Shown here piece by piece: positions 8,868 through 18,159 of a stretch of 64,000 nucleotides of DNA. The translations under genes and the position numbers were made by a program. Numbering within the stretch: position 1 is the first letter of the stretch; each line of letters starts with the position of its first letter. The stretch is from the sequence record PQ631072.1; one strand, given 5' to 3'. This DNA comes from Escherichia phage EC.P2. The notes beneath the pieces are model-generated. The model was given only the letters and a program-made list of their open reading frames with translations, did no database searches and had not been told where the DNA came from.

Positions 8868-9246
8868 TTTGACAATATGCGGTTATCTGGTAAAGTGTAC
8901 CACGTAGGGCGGGAAATGGTTTCCCGCCAGAATAGAGAGAACTAAAATGATTATTCTTACCATGATGTGCGCGGCGGTTATTATTCCTTTGATAACGCTT
9001 ATTGTTTCTGAGATCGATGATCTTCTCTTTGAAAGAAGTTTAAAAAAGTAATTGACAACGGCTAATAAGCTGATAATATGTATCACATAGGGCGGGGCAA
9101 TAAGGCAACGCCCACTAATGAGGGTAGCATCATGTTAGAGAAAATTTTCACGGTTGTAATAGTGGGCCTGGCGTTATCGGTTGGAGTGATTGCAACTATG
9201 GCTAACATGATTCTATCTTCCCACGGTATTGGATAAGGTGAAACAA

Positions 9247-9462
9247 ATGATCACGAACAAAACAGGTAAAACGGAATTTTTACGTAACTTGCAGATCGGC
9301 AAGCCTGAGATCTGGTATTGCACTAAAACACCACGTGACGAAATGAAAGATTTCACCGCTACTTTACAACGTGTTAAAATATCTATCACACAGAAAAAAG
9401 CCTTGATAGTTGCAGAAAACGAGATCCCGCAAACCATTATCATTGTTGAGCGTACAGCATGA
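9247..9462 (+). CDS. Hypothetical protein (71 aa)
   Basis: ORF with RBS aaggtga. Confidence 0.45.
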   Translation: MITNKTGKTEFLRNLQIGKPEIWYCTKTPRDEMKDFTATLQRVKISITQKKALIVAENEIPQTIIIVERTA

Positions 9463-9845
9463 AAACAGAAATCATTATTGAAATCATCAACGGCTATAAA
9501 GAAGCCTTTATTTTTGCCGAACCAGCGACGGATCACAATGGGGAATATATTGAGAATCTAGGCGATTATGATTTTTCAGATCAAGCCCATCAGCGGATCA
9601 TTCATGACGTAGCGGCTTATTGTGATGCCAATGATGCGGCTATCTCTGAGGCAATGAGCGACGGCGCAACAGCAAACCAGATCGGGAATGATTTACATTT
9701 TACCCGTAACGGTCACGGCGTTGGTTTTTGGGATCGCCCTGAAATATACACTACTAACACAGCAAACCGTTTAACTAATGCAGCTAAATTAATGCCATCG
9801 GTGCATGCTTACATTGGTGAAGATAATTTGATTTATATTGAATAA
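9459..9845 (+). CDS. Hypothetical protein (128 aa)
   Basis: ORF overlapping upstream stop (ATGA). Confidence 0.55.
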   Translation: MKTEIIIEIINGYKEAFIFAEPATDHNGEYIENLGDYDFSDQAHQRIIHDVAAYCDANDAAISEAMSDGATANQIGNDLHFTRNGHGVGFWDRPEIYTTNTANRLTNAAKLMPSVHAYIGEDNLIYIE

Positions 9846-9932
9846 AAGTATTGACACCGATCCCCAATATGGTATTATTTACCACGTAGGCGGGAAATGG
9901 TTTCCCGCCAGGTAATCAAAAAGGTAAATACT

Positions 9933-10322
9933 ATGCGCAACCTGGTTTCTGTTTCTAACGTTGAAAAATTCCAATCCTTGCAGGGTATCGTTAACAACGT
10001 AGCGCCTTTTTTAGTCAATGGCTTGATTGCAAAGATGAAAAATAAACATCATGCGGCATGGTCTGCTTACTGCTTTGACAATGATGAAAAAGCGGCTGAA
10101 ATGATGTTAAATATGCTGTTAGACAGTGTAGAATCATCTTTACCGGAAAACATCGCAGAAGAGATCACCTATCGTTATAATATGGCGATCACTTACCAGG
10201 AGGTTGCGCAATTTAATATGATGGACGATGACGAACAACAGGATCAGGAAATTTTCTGGGAGTATGCTGATCGTCAATCGGCTTTTGATGAAAAGTTAGC
10301 GATGTATTATAATGAATATTAA
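9933..10322 (+). CDS. Hypothetical early protein (129 aa)
   Basis: ORF; promoter 9851, hairpin 9889-9908; start trimmed. Confidence 0.55.
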   Translation: MRNLVSVSNVEKFQSLQGIVNNVAPFLVNGLIAKMKNKHHAAWSAYCFDNDEKAAEMMLNMLLDSVESSLPENIAEEITYRYNMAITYQEVAQFNMMDDDEQQDQEIFWEYADRQSAFDEKLAMYYNEY

Positions 10323-10337
10323 TACACGGTAAAAGAA

Positions 10338-10363
10338 AGGGGCGCACTAAGCGCCCTTTTTTG
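10338..10363 (+). terminator. Rho-independent terminator (aggggcgc-actaa-gcgccct + TTTTTT)
   Basis: GC stem-loop followed by T-run. Confidence 0.7.
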
Positions 10364-10784
10364 TATTCTTTTTTCACGATGGAAACAACACGTAAAGAAT
10401 AGGCGTAAAGGTGGCGTAAAACCATCTAAAACCGATTGTAACCGTTTAAACAAGGTAGGAATGATTAATCACCTTGCCAGGATGAAAAAGCTGTTATAAA
10501 GCTATATAGGGCGTTTAAAGCACATAGGAAATAATTTGCTTTTTATCTTGCCTTTTATTCTGCTTTTGATTATTATTATGGAACGGGCGGCACCTGGGAA
10601 CAGGGGAAGATAATCACCGGACGACCCCGCTATATATTGATAGCTAACATCTATCAAACAACAAAACATCAAAGGAATAAACTATCAAATCTTTACAATC
10701 TCATCTATTGACCGGTAAATCATAGCAGTTTAATATTGTTTTTAGAGGGTAGAACATACCCAAAACGAAAACAGGAAAAAGAAA

Positions 10785-11021
10785 ATGAAAGAAGTCATGA
10801 TCCTCAAAAAATCACCTATTTTACGTGGTGGCTTTATCGCTTACTCTGATGATCTGTTAATTGCAACGGTTGCAAAAATACTAAAATCAGAAGAGGATAG
10901 TAAAAACGGCGTTTATCGTATCTGTTTCACCCGTGGGAAATTGCAAGGCAAGATCGCCTATGCTTTTGATTTACAAGATGTAAATGATAAAATCTGCGCT
11001 GTTATTGATTATGCAAAATAA
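10785..11021 (+). CDS. Hypothetical protein (78 aa)
   Basis: ORF; promoter ttgacc at 10708. Confidence 0.5.
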   Translation: MKEVMILKKSPILRGGFIAYSDDLLIATVAKILKSEEDSKNGVYRICFTRGKLQGKIAYAFDLQDVNDKICAVIDYAK

Positions 11022-11108
11022 TTAACTTTCTTATTGACACCGGATCACGCTTACATTATTATTTATCACGTAGGGCAAATCATTTTAAACGGTAAACGAG
11101 GAATCACC

Positions 11109-11492
11109 ATGAGCAATATCATCAACCTGGCGGCTACTGTAAACGGTAAAGACTTTAACGGCGCTGTAGATCGTGATCCTATGTGGTGCTTATCAGTGTT
11201 TAAAGGCGATCTGGTTGAAGTTAGAACAACCGAAGGTTATAGCGACGATTATAAATGCGAGATCCATTTACATAACTGGTACACGGGTAAAACTTATGCG
11301 CTGAATCACGCGTTTATCGGGAAAATTGAATATCGCGAAATGATCGACGAAGAAACGGGGCAAGATTTTAGCGATTATGTTTATATTCGTTCCGAAACAT
11401 TAGCCGAACGGTTGATCGAGAAAATGAAAGCAAAAAATAAAATTAATTTAACTCATTGGATTGATATAACAAACGATCCAGCTTATCAGTAA
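11109..11492 (+). CDS. Hypothetical protein (127 aa)
   Basis: ORF; promoter ttgaca at 11043; start trimmed to RBS-supported ATG. Confidence 0.5.
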   Translation: MSNIINLAATVNGKDFNGAVDRDPMWCLSVFKGDLVEVRTTEGYSDDYKCEIHLHNWYTGKTYALNHAFIGKIEYREMIDEETGQDFSDYVYIRSETLAERLIEKMKAKNKINLTHWIDITNDPAYQ

Positions 11493-11508
11493 ATAACATT
11501 CCATACAA

Positions 11509-11534
11509 GGGCGCAATAAGCGCCCTTTCTTTTT
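11509..11534 (+). terminator. Rho-independent terminator (gggcgc-aataa-gcgccc + T-run)
   Basis: Same stem sequence as terminator 5946. Confidence 0.65.
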
Positions 11535-11739
11535 ACCTCAATAAAGATGATAGCTTTTACCTATCAAAAACGTTCACCGAAAAAAGTGAATAGATCGCGG
11601 TATCGAGCTAATCAAGGAGCAGATGAATAACCATACCATGAAGATCATAAGGCGCTTACAACGTGTTTTAGACCGCTTATTTTTAATTTCTCCATGTAAC
11701 TATCTGGCAAAAACAGCCTTTTTCTTATCTTTCCTCTTA

Positions 11740-11820
11740 AATAATAATCATTCTCATTTATAGCTGATTATTTATGCAATAAACTGAATAATGCAATAAT
11801 GATAATCATTCTTAACTTAA
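11740..11820. promoter_or_regulatory. Fur-box-like repeat cluster (second region)
   Basis: aatgataatcattctcatt and aatgataatcattctt. Confidence 0.4.
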
Positions 11821-11829
11821 GACCATCTA

Positions 11830-12130
11830 ACCTATAAAATAATAAGTTATCTAACTAAATTAAAACTAATTATCTTACTTTTATTTATAACTTACTGTTA
11901 CTACCTCATTGATAACCTTATATTAAACAACAATAACTAATATAAATCATTACTAAGCTAAATATAATCTATCTAACCTTTAAAACTATAACTATAATCT
12001 ATTTAATTATTGCACAAAGTAACTATTAAATCGTTAGTAACATTACTAAATAATTAATATCCTATCTATTTATGATCTAATCTTTACCTTACTATCTATT
12101 ACCTAAATAATCATTTCGTACCGTAATCAT
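11830..12130. repeat. About 300-bp tract almost devoid of G on the + strand, with degenerate short repeats
   Basis: Only about a dozen G in about 300 nt by eye; strong strand compositional skew. Confidence 0.6.
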
Positions 12131-12654
12131 TTCATACAATAATTATAACAAGAAATATAATTCGCAAGCGTATCATTAGCAGCCTATGCCGGACACATAG
12201 GCGGCTAATAATAACGCAACTACACATCCCACATAATAACCATCACCGATAGTTATTATTTGTGCTTATGTAGCTTGCAACAACTGCAAGCGCAACAATA
12301 TACATGGTATATTGTATTCCCTTACATTGTTGCGGTGCGTTATTATTAGCTAATGTTTGGAACATTGGCTATAATATAAGCTATCCAATAATAAACATAG
12401 TGAATAATAACCCTGATGATCATAATGCGCCACCTTCCAGGGGGCGCTATGTGAACACAAAGAAATCTTTCTTGTCAAGAAAAATATTACCATTATTGCG
12501 CAAAATTATTTACATCTGAATAGATGGTTTTTCATACTATTGCCCCCAAATTATGCCCCTTTTGTTGCAATATAAACTACTATTTGTTGAGCCTACTTTC
12601 TTAAAAGCGCAATAAATTAGAATTATCTTGATTTTTAGGACGTTTTATAGTATA

Positions 12655-12885
12655 GAAAGTATGCAAATGATAATCATTATCAGCTATCTTCCACGGGTGG
12701 CACTATTTCACGCAGGATCATTTCATTTGGCAAGGTGTATATAGATGTTTAGACTTGCCAAGTCATTGATTTACTTAGAATTTATCTGTTTTGTTGGGAA
12801 TAGTGCCTTTATTGTTCAGAAAATAATCAAAAGTCTTATAAGTCATTGAATGATAATGCAAATGATAATAATTCTCATTGATATT
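12655..12885. promoter_or_regulatory. Fur-box-like repeats incl. perfect core aatgataatcattatc (12664-12679)
   Basis: Also gaatgataatgcaaatgataataattctcatt near 12845. Confidence 0.45.
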
Positions 12886-13237
12886 TGAGGGGGACGGTCG
12901 GCAGAAATCGGGGGCGCTGAAAATCGCGTTAAGCACCTCTCGCAAGCGAGCAGTATTTTGCGGCAAGTTATTGATATTATTGACTTTACGCTTATGAAAA
13001 GGGGGTGTGTCGAAATAAATCGGGTATACCGGAAAATTTTTGTGGCATAGATATTTATTTGTCTATATTATGTACTAAGGGGTGTGTTAAAAATAATAGG
13101 TATATATAGAATAATTGATAGGGAAATCCTATACTAAATCCTTCATTAATGATGTTCCTATGTTGCTGTCCTTGTAACAGATGAAAAGACGCTGTATGAT
13201 GTGTGGCATGAAACGTAAATTTATAAAGGAGTCTGAT

Positions 13238-13603
13238 ATGTGTGTTCCTCTTAGCAGTCCACTGCTGTTAGAATTTTACAAAGCATGGATGGAAGATCAT
13301 TCCTCAATGCATCGTGAGAATGTTGGTTTGTGTAATTGCCTTATGGATTACCTGGCAACCACTATGTCAAAGAAAAAACCTACGCAAGAAGATATAGAAC
13401 ATTTCAAGATGGTTCGTAGCAAAACGCTGGAAGAGATGAAACTGCAATTCACGTGTGCTGGGCTATCCTCCTTCCTACCCTTTAATTATGATCTTCTGTG
13501 TTATGAAGATGAAGGTAAGACACATTCTTGCCATACCAACCCAAAGAGATTGCAGTGGGTGAAAGACAGAATCGAAGATGCAAATAATGCTTGCATTGAG
13601 TAG
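13238..13603 (+). CDS. Hypothetical protein, paralog family member A (121 aa)
   Basis: Shares LLxFY, GLCxCL, HPFN and KRxQWVxDRI motifs with ORFs 15383 and 16375. Confidence 0.55.
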   Translation: MCVPLSSPLLLEFYKAWMEDHSSMHRENVGLCNCLMDYLATTMSKKKPTQEDIEHFKMVRSKTLEEMKLQFTCAGLSSFLPFNYDLLCYEDEGKTHSCHTNPKRLQWVKDRIEDANNACIE

Positions 13604-13673
13604 AAATGTCTGTACACTGTGTTCCATATAATATGCAATACCGCGCATAACAAACTACTAATGAGAGGTGTAA

Positions 13674-13991
13674 ATGAAAACCTTAGCTTTGTATATTGAT
13701 CGTCACTCCATTCGAGAAATGCGAGATGTAGAACAGGATTATGAATTCTACCCAGAAATTTGTGAACGCTATGAAACAATTCTTAGTTCTGTAGAAGATC
13801 CAGATACTAGTGAAACAGGTGCTTCCCACTTACTGTGGATGTTGAGTGAAATTCAGGATGGGTGTAATGGTATGTCTGAAACCAAACGCCATCGTTGGCT
13901 AGGCTATATTCAGGGTGTTATGGTTATGAAAAACCTTATTACAGTGAACGATGAACGTAATGCTACACGCCCCGTCTTTAATGGAGCATAA
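13674..13991 (+). CDS. Hypothetical protein (105 aa)
   Basis: ORF with RBS gagagg. Confidence 0.55.
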   Translation: MKTLALYIDRHSIREMRDVEQDYEFYPEICERYETILSSVEDPDTSETGASHLLWMLSEIQDGCNGMSETKRHRWLGYIQGVMVMKNLITVNDERNATRPVFNGA

Positions 13992-13992
13992 C

Positions 13993-14208
13993 ATGAAAAG
14001 CATTAGGGTGTGTATTGAAAATAATTGTGGCTATCTGGGGTTGACACACGTCACTTTCCCTCTTATATTAGATGCCGATATAGCTTACAGCGGAGTTGCT
14101 TATGTGTCATTCAAGACAATGAGCCAAGTACCTGGCTGGAATTGGGAAGTGGTTGATGTTGTTGAAGGAGAAGATTATGTTTTCCTTCCACACGAATATA
14201 CTGTTTAA
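13993..14208 (+). CDS. Hypothetical protein (71 aa)
   Basis: ORF; start trimmed to ATG with RBS ggag. Confidence 0.45.
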   Translation: MKSIRVCIENNCGYLGLTHVTFPLILDADIAYSGVAYVSFKTMSQVPGWNWEVVDVVEGEDYVFLPHEYTV

Positions 14209-14221
14209 AAGAGGAAAAGAA

Positions 14222-14398
14222 TATGGATAAACAAACTACTGTGTACTTAGTAACAAAGAATACCCCAGGCTGGAGCCAATGCAGCACTGTTCCTTACAAG
14301 ATCTGTGCAACATTAGAACTAGCACAACGTGCAGAAGCAGAAGTGAATGCCATGCAATACAGCTATGGTGAGATCATTCCTTTTACTCTTGAACAATA
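14222..14398 (+). CDS. Small hypothetical protein (58 aa)
   Basis: ORF with RBS gaggaaaag; below track cutoff. Confidence 0.4.
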
Positions 14399-14410
14399 AG
14401 GATTTGTGTA

Positions 14411-14863
14411 ATGTTTGAAATTGGTAAAGTATATCGTTTTAAAAACGCATCTTATATCCGTAAGTTTGGTAATGTGTCTGAGTGCAATAGCAAGATTGCT
14501 TTTTTCTTAGGTGATTCCTGTTTTCGTGTATTGGATGTGGATGACTGGTATGGTGTCACTTCTTTGCAATCCTTAGCAGGAGAACAAGAAATTATCACTC
14601 AAAACGAAGGCGATTTTCGTCAGTGTTACACATTGCTTGCAAAAAGTGAGTTTGAATACTTTGTAGAAGTATTAGAGGAAGCACCAAAAAGTAAACATGA
14701 AGAGAAATATCTTCTCGTAGTGGACGGAGTTCCAATCATGGAAACCATCTACCGTGAGGAAGTTGAAAAAGAGGCAAAACGTTACAAGCTGGATCGTACA
14801 CAGAGTGTAGTTGAAGTATATTCTCTTATTGGTGTTGCAGATATTCATGTGAACATTGTATAA
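14411..14863 (+). CDS. Hypothetical protein (150 aa)
   Basis: ORF. Confidence 0.55.
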   Translation: MFEIGKVYRFKNASYIRKFGNVSECNSKIAFFLGDSCFRVLDVDDWYGVTSLQSLAGEQEIITQNEGDFRQCYTLLAKSEFEYFVEVLEEAPKSKHEEKYLLVVDGVPIMETIYREEVEKEAKRYKLDRTQSVVEVYSLIGVADIHVNIV

Positions 14864-15077
14864 TATGTGTAATGATAGATACATTCTTCGTGTATCTGAT
14901 AAGTCTCCAATGTTTGACTGGCGGGGCTGGTGGCTACTAGCTCCGATACAAGGTCTGACAGACGTGGAAAAGGAGGCTTATGTGTATACAAAAGAAGAGA
15001 TAGAAGATAGCCTTTATTTGACAGATAACATTAAGAATGGTATCTTTGAGTGTAAATTGAAAGGAGAGGAAGAATGA
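14856..15077 (+). CDS. Hypothetical protein (73 aa)
   Basis: ORF overlapping neighbours. Confidence 0.45.
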   Translation: MYNMCNDRYILRVSDKSPMFDWRGWWLLAPIQGLTDVEKEAYVYTKEEIEDSLYLTDNIKNGIFECKLKGEEE

Positions 15078-15373
15078 CTGTTACAGAAAAACTGCGCTGT
15101 ATTGCAAAGCAAAGTGGAGAAGGCTTGTGGTTTCCTATTGATGAAGTTATTCAGGACTGTTATGATCAGGCTAAGACTGGCAAATACTCCAAAGCATTTA
15201 AACCATCTGTTTTCGGTTTGGATGACTATCCGACAAATGAACAAGCAAAGAAACGCCAAGTGGATTTGATTGATCTTGCTATGGAAGCACTACGAGAGCG
15301 TGGTCTTAGTAAGGTGTATGCTTTAAACACCAAAGAGGGTTTTGTAGATTCAGTGATCGTAGACTGGCATTAA
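15074..15373 (+). CDS. Hypothetical protein (99 aa)
   Basis: ORF with RBS ggagagga. Confidence 0.55.
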   Translation: MTVTEKLRCIAKQSGEGLWFPIDEVIQDCYDQAKTGKYSKAFKPSVFGLDDYPTNEQAKKRQVDLIDLAMEALRERGLSKVYALNTKEGFVDSVIVDWH

Positions 15374-15382
15374 GGATAGATC

Positions 15383-15751
15383 ATGCAAGAGAATAATAAA
15401 GTGTGTAACATGAAAAGCAGCCCCTATTTGCTACAATTTTATGAGTGGTGGTTAGAACAAGAAGATACAAACTTTAGCAAAAAGCATTATGGTCTTTGCA
15501 CGTGTCTTGTAGACTTCTTATACAATATTGCTTGGATAAAAGACGTTGAGAATGTAGCAAACCTTCAAACCTCTGTACGAGAGGAAATGAAGGAACAGTT
15601 TAAGAAAGCTGGTTTGAACCATTTACACCCATTTAATACAGATTTCTCACACTACTTTACGGAAACAGAGTTAGGCATTGCACACCTTAACAAAGAACGT
15701 GTACAATGGGTGATTGATCGTATTCGTGATATGGAGGAATATAATGGTTAA
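15383..15751 (+). CDS. Hypothetical protein, paralog family member B (122 aa)
   Basis: Motifs shared with 13238 and 16375. Confidence 0.55.
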   Translation: MQENNKVCNMKSSPYLLQFYEWWLEQEDTNFSKKHYGLCTCLVDFLYNIAWIKDVENVANLQTSVREEMKEQFKKAGLNHLHPFNTDFSHYFTETELGIAHLNKERVQWVIDRIRDMEEYNG

Positions 15752-15962
15752 GTTTAAAACTTTCTGTGCAATCTCTGTTTGTCTTATTTTTGCATACGTG
15801 TTATTCTCTGGTATCATTCGTTTAGGTGATCATATGGCAAGAGAAGCTCGTGAAAGTGAAGCTAAAAAAGAACAGTGTATTGTGTTCAAGCATCAAAGAA
15901 ATGCTGAAAAGTTTCTCGCACTTGATTGTAATCGTTATGTATCTTATCAAATGTATGAGTAA
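15744..15962 (+). CDS. Small single-pass membrane protein, TM-paralog 1 (72 aa)
   Basis: Hydrophobic N-terminus; C-terminal block similar to ORF 19815. Confidence 0.5.
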   Translation: MVKFKTFCAISVCLIFAYVLFSGIIRLGDHMAREARESEAKKEQCIVFKHQRNAEKFLALDCNRYVSYQMYE

Positions 15963-15971
15963 GGAGGATTT

Positions 15972-16196
15972 ATGGTAAAACGTCTGGAATGGGATGCGTG
16001 TACTGCTCACGCTTGTCACTGCGCTATTGTGGAAGATCCTAATGGAGAAATGGTGTATTATGAAGATTACGAAGCATTGCACAATGCTGTGATTGCTTTG
16101 CTGGATGATATTAGCTCACGCTACCCAGGACAACAATTCACGTGTCCACATATTCAACTGTTAGCCAAACTTACGGAGTATCCAAGTGTTCCATAA
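15972..16196 (+). CDS. Hypothetical protein (74 aa)
   Basis: ORF with RBS aaggagg. Confidence 0.55.
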   Translation: MVKRLEWDACTAHACHCAIVEDPNGEMVYYEDYEALHNAVIALLDDISSRYPGQQFTCPHIQLLAKLTEYPSVP

Positions 16197-16197
16197 T

Positions 16198-16365
16198 ATG
16201 GGTGTCCCTGAACAACTGCTCTTTATTGTAGGACTAGTAGGCTTATTGGCGGCTGGAGCTAAAGCCGCTTCTCACACGCGTCACATAATGTTAAGATTTC
16301 TATTCCTGCTCCCTTCTATCCTCGTGCTACTAGTCATACTGATCGATAACATTTTTCACAATTAA
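16198..16365 (+). CDS. Small hydrophobic membrane protein (55 aa)
   Basis: Two hydrophobic segments; below track cutoff. Confidence 0.35.
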   Translation: MGVPEQLLFIVGLVGLLAAGAKAASHTRHIMLRFLFLLPSILVLLVILIDNIFHN

Positions 16366-16374
16366 GGAGAGGTC

Positions 16375-16959
16375 ATGAGTAAAATTATACCAAGCAGTTA
16401 TGAATTATTGCAGTTTTATGTGTATTATATAGACTGGGTTACTAGATCGAATGTTAAAGATAATGCAATGTTTAGTAAAAGCATCTGTTTAACGGAAAGT
16501 ATCTTCCGTTATTGGCACACAGGTAGAAAGTGTACACACAGTGAAGCTATGCGCATTGTAGGTGAATACCTGGAGCAATTGCAAAAAGCAGAACTTCCTG
16601 TCCTTCACCCATTCAATGAATCTAAAGAAGAATTAGAACAAGAGTGTAGGGAAGGTAAGTGCCATTTGAATGAAAAACGTATTGAATGGGTAAGGCAACG
16701 TTTAGCCGATGCAGGAAAGACTCCTAGTGACTCTGACTACACGTGGTACGATGTAGAGGGTTTAGTTCAGGGTTTTGAGGCTTGTGCTATAGATAATACC
16801 AATTTTGCCAAAGTTTTATGCGAGGCTTATGATCTGGCAGATAAAATCCGAAAGCAAGGATGGAAACAAGAGCACAAAGAATCATATGAACGTCTTGACA
16901 AGATTTTCAAACAGATCTATTCTAACCACAAAGAGATGTTCCAAATGGAGGATGTGTAA
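16375..16959 (+). CDS. Hypothetical protein, paralog family member C (194 aa)
   Basis: Motifs shared with 13238 and 15383, plus C-terminal extension. Confidence 0.55.
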   Translation: MSKIIPSSYELLQFYVYYIDWVTRSNVKDNAMFSKSICLTESIFRYWHTGRKCTHSEAMRIVGEYLEQLQKAELPVLHPFNESKEELEQECREGKCHLNEKRIEWVRQRLADAGKTPSDSDYTWYDVEGLVQGFEACAIDNTNFAKVLCEAYDLADKIRKQGWKQEHKESYERLDKIFKQIYSNHKEMFQMEDV

Positions 16960-17014
16960 TGAAAGAGATTATGTTTTATTGAATTGCTAAAACACGTTAA
17001 ATAAGGAGAGTGAT

Positions 17015-17419
17015 ATGTGGTCTGTTAAAATCAAATATAATGCGCAGTATTATGGTGGAAAACCTTACGAAGTTGTTATTTGTGATTGTATCTCTGAAGA
17101 AGTTGCACAGCTTTGTGGCGCTGGTGTTAGTGAAGCTATGAACAAAATGCATAATTCTACTGTGCGTTTCCTGGATCGGGATATTCCAGAAGATGTAAAT
17201 GACTATGGTTACGAAGTTATTTACAGTGAAGGTAAGAAGCTCTCTATTGAAGATGCACTTAAAGCACTACCTGCTATGTGCAACCCGACACCAGAAGCAG
17301 TTAAAGAGATTTTACCAGAATCCAACCCCGATGAATATGCTTCTATGGTTGCTTCAGATATGTGGAATCTCTGTCGAGAAACTATGATTAAAAATCTTGT
17401 GGAAATGGCACATGAGTAA
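17015..17419 (+). CDS. Hypothetical protein (134 aa)
   Basis: ORF with RBS aaggagag. Confidence 0.55.
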   Translation: MWSVKIKYNAQYYGGKPYEVVICDCISEEVAQLCGAGVSEAMNKMHNSTVRFLDRDIPEDVNDYGYEVIYSEGKKLSIEDALKALPAMCNPTPEAVKEILPESNPDEYASMVASDMWNLCRETMIKNLVEMAHE

Positions 17420-17630
17420 AACGCACTTTATACATCCGTTTGATCCAAAGAACAAGGCGGTTATACACCGCCGTTGGACTGAAACGCGCATTACAAAATG
17501 TCCTGTGCCAGCAGCACAGGAATATAACAAAACATATAAAGCAGAATTTGTGGAGTACACCTTTGTGAATAACAAAGGGAAGGAGATTTATGTTCCAGAA
17601 TACTGCCTTTGGATAAAATGGGAGGAATAA
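17412..17630 (+). CDS. Hypothetical protein (72 aa)
   Basis: ORF; start trimmed to ATG. Confidence 0.45.
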   Translation: MSKTHFIHPFDPKNKAVIHRRWTETRITKCPVPAAQEYNKTYKAEFVEYTFVNNKGKEIYVPEYCLWIKWEE

Positions 17631-17797
17631 TGCAAACATTTTTTATCGACAAGTTCAACAAAAATATGAACACGTGGATGGCAACATTCACTATGCAATT
17701 TGCGTCATTTAAAGAGGCTCAAGAATGGTGCGATCAACACAAGGATTTTGATTTTTACTATCAAATTAATACAAATCTTTCTCCAGAGGATAAATAA
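17630..17797 (+). CDS. Small hypothetical protein (55 aa)
   Basis: ORF with RBS gggagg. Confidence 0.4.
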   Translation: MQTFFIDKFNKNMNTWMATFTMQFASFKEAQEWCDQHKDFDFYYQINTNLSPEDK

Positions 17798-17798
17798 T

Positions 17799-18143
17799 AT
17801 GTTGGCTGATATTGAAATCCTTATGTACCGACAAGGTATGATCAAAATGTGGCTGGATTCTTTTAGCAACATATACTCCACAGTACGATCAGCAGACGAG
17901 CGTAAAACGCTTATTTTATCTGCTATTGTTGATAAACAACGTTTCTTCAAGGAAATTTTACAAACAGGCTTCTCCGATGCAGGAGTAGAGATTGCAACTC
18001 TTAGTCTTGGGGTGCTGTCTTACTTGGAATCCGTTGTTTTATATGTCTTCTCTTTGGAAGAACACTTGCAATTTGAAGCATTAAAACTTATCTTAGATGC
18101 TGCAATTGACATAGAACAAAATCGAATTGACTCTTTTAAATAA
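17799..18143 (+). CDS. Hypothetical protein (114 aa)
   Basis: ORF; start trimmed to ATG after RBS. Confidence 0.5.
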   Translation: MLADIEILMYRQGMIKMWLDSFSNIYSTVRSADERKTLILSAIVDKQRFFKEILQTGFSDAGVEIATLSLGVLSYLESVVLYVFSLEEHLQFEALKLILDAAIDIEQNRIDSFK

Positions 18144-18159
18144 AAATAAGGAGAAAACT

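Noticed and set aside
1893-9908. Recurrent GC hairpins as rho-independent terminators
   Set aside because: They lack a downstream T-run and lie between promoter -10 elements and the RBS, so they are more likely 5'-UTR structures or recognition sites.
12304-12966. Track ORFs 12304-12519 (+) and 12775-12966 (-) in the noncoding repeat region
   Set aside because: They lie in AT-rich repeat DNA with Fur-box-like arrays, have no RBS, and give low-complexity translations.
16805-16990. 61-aa + strand ORF inside paralog C gene
   Set aside because: Alternative frame within a longer gene that has conserved family motifs.
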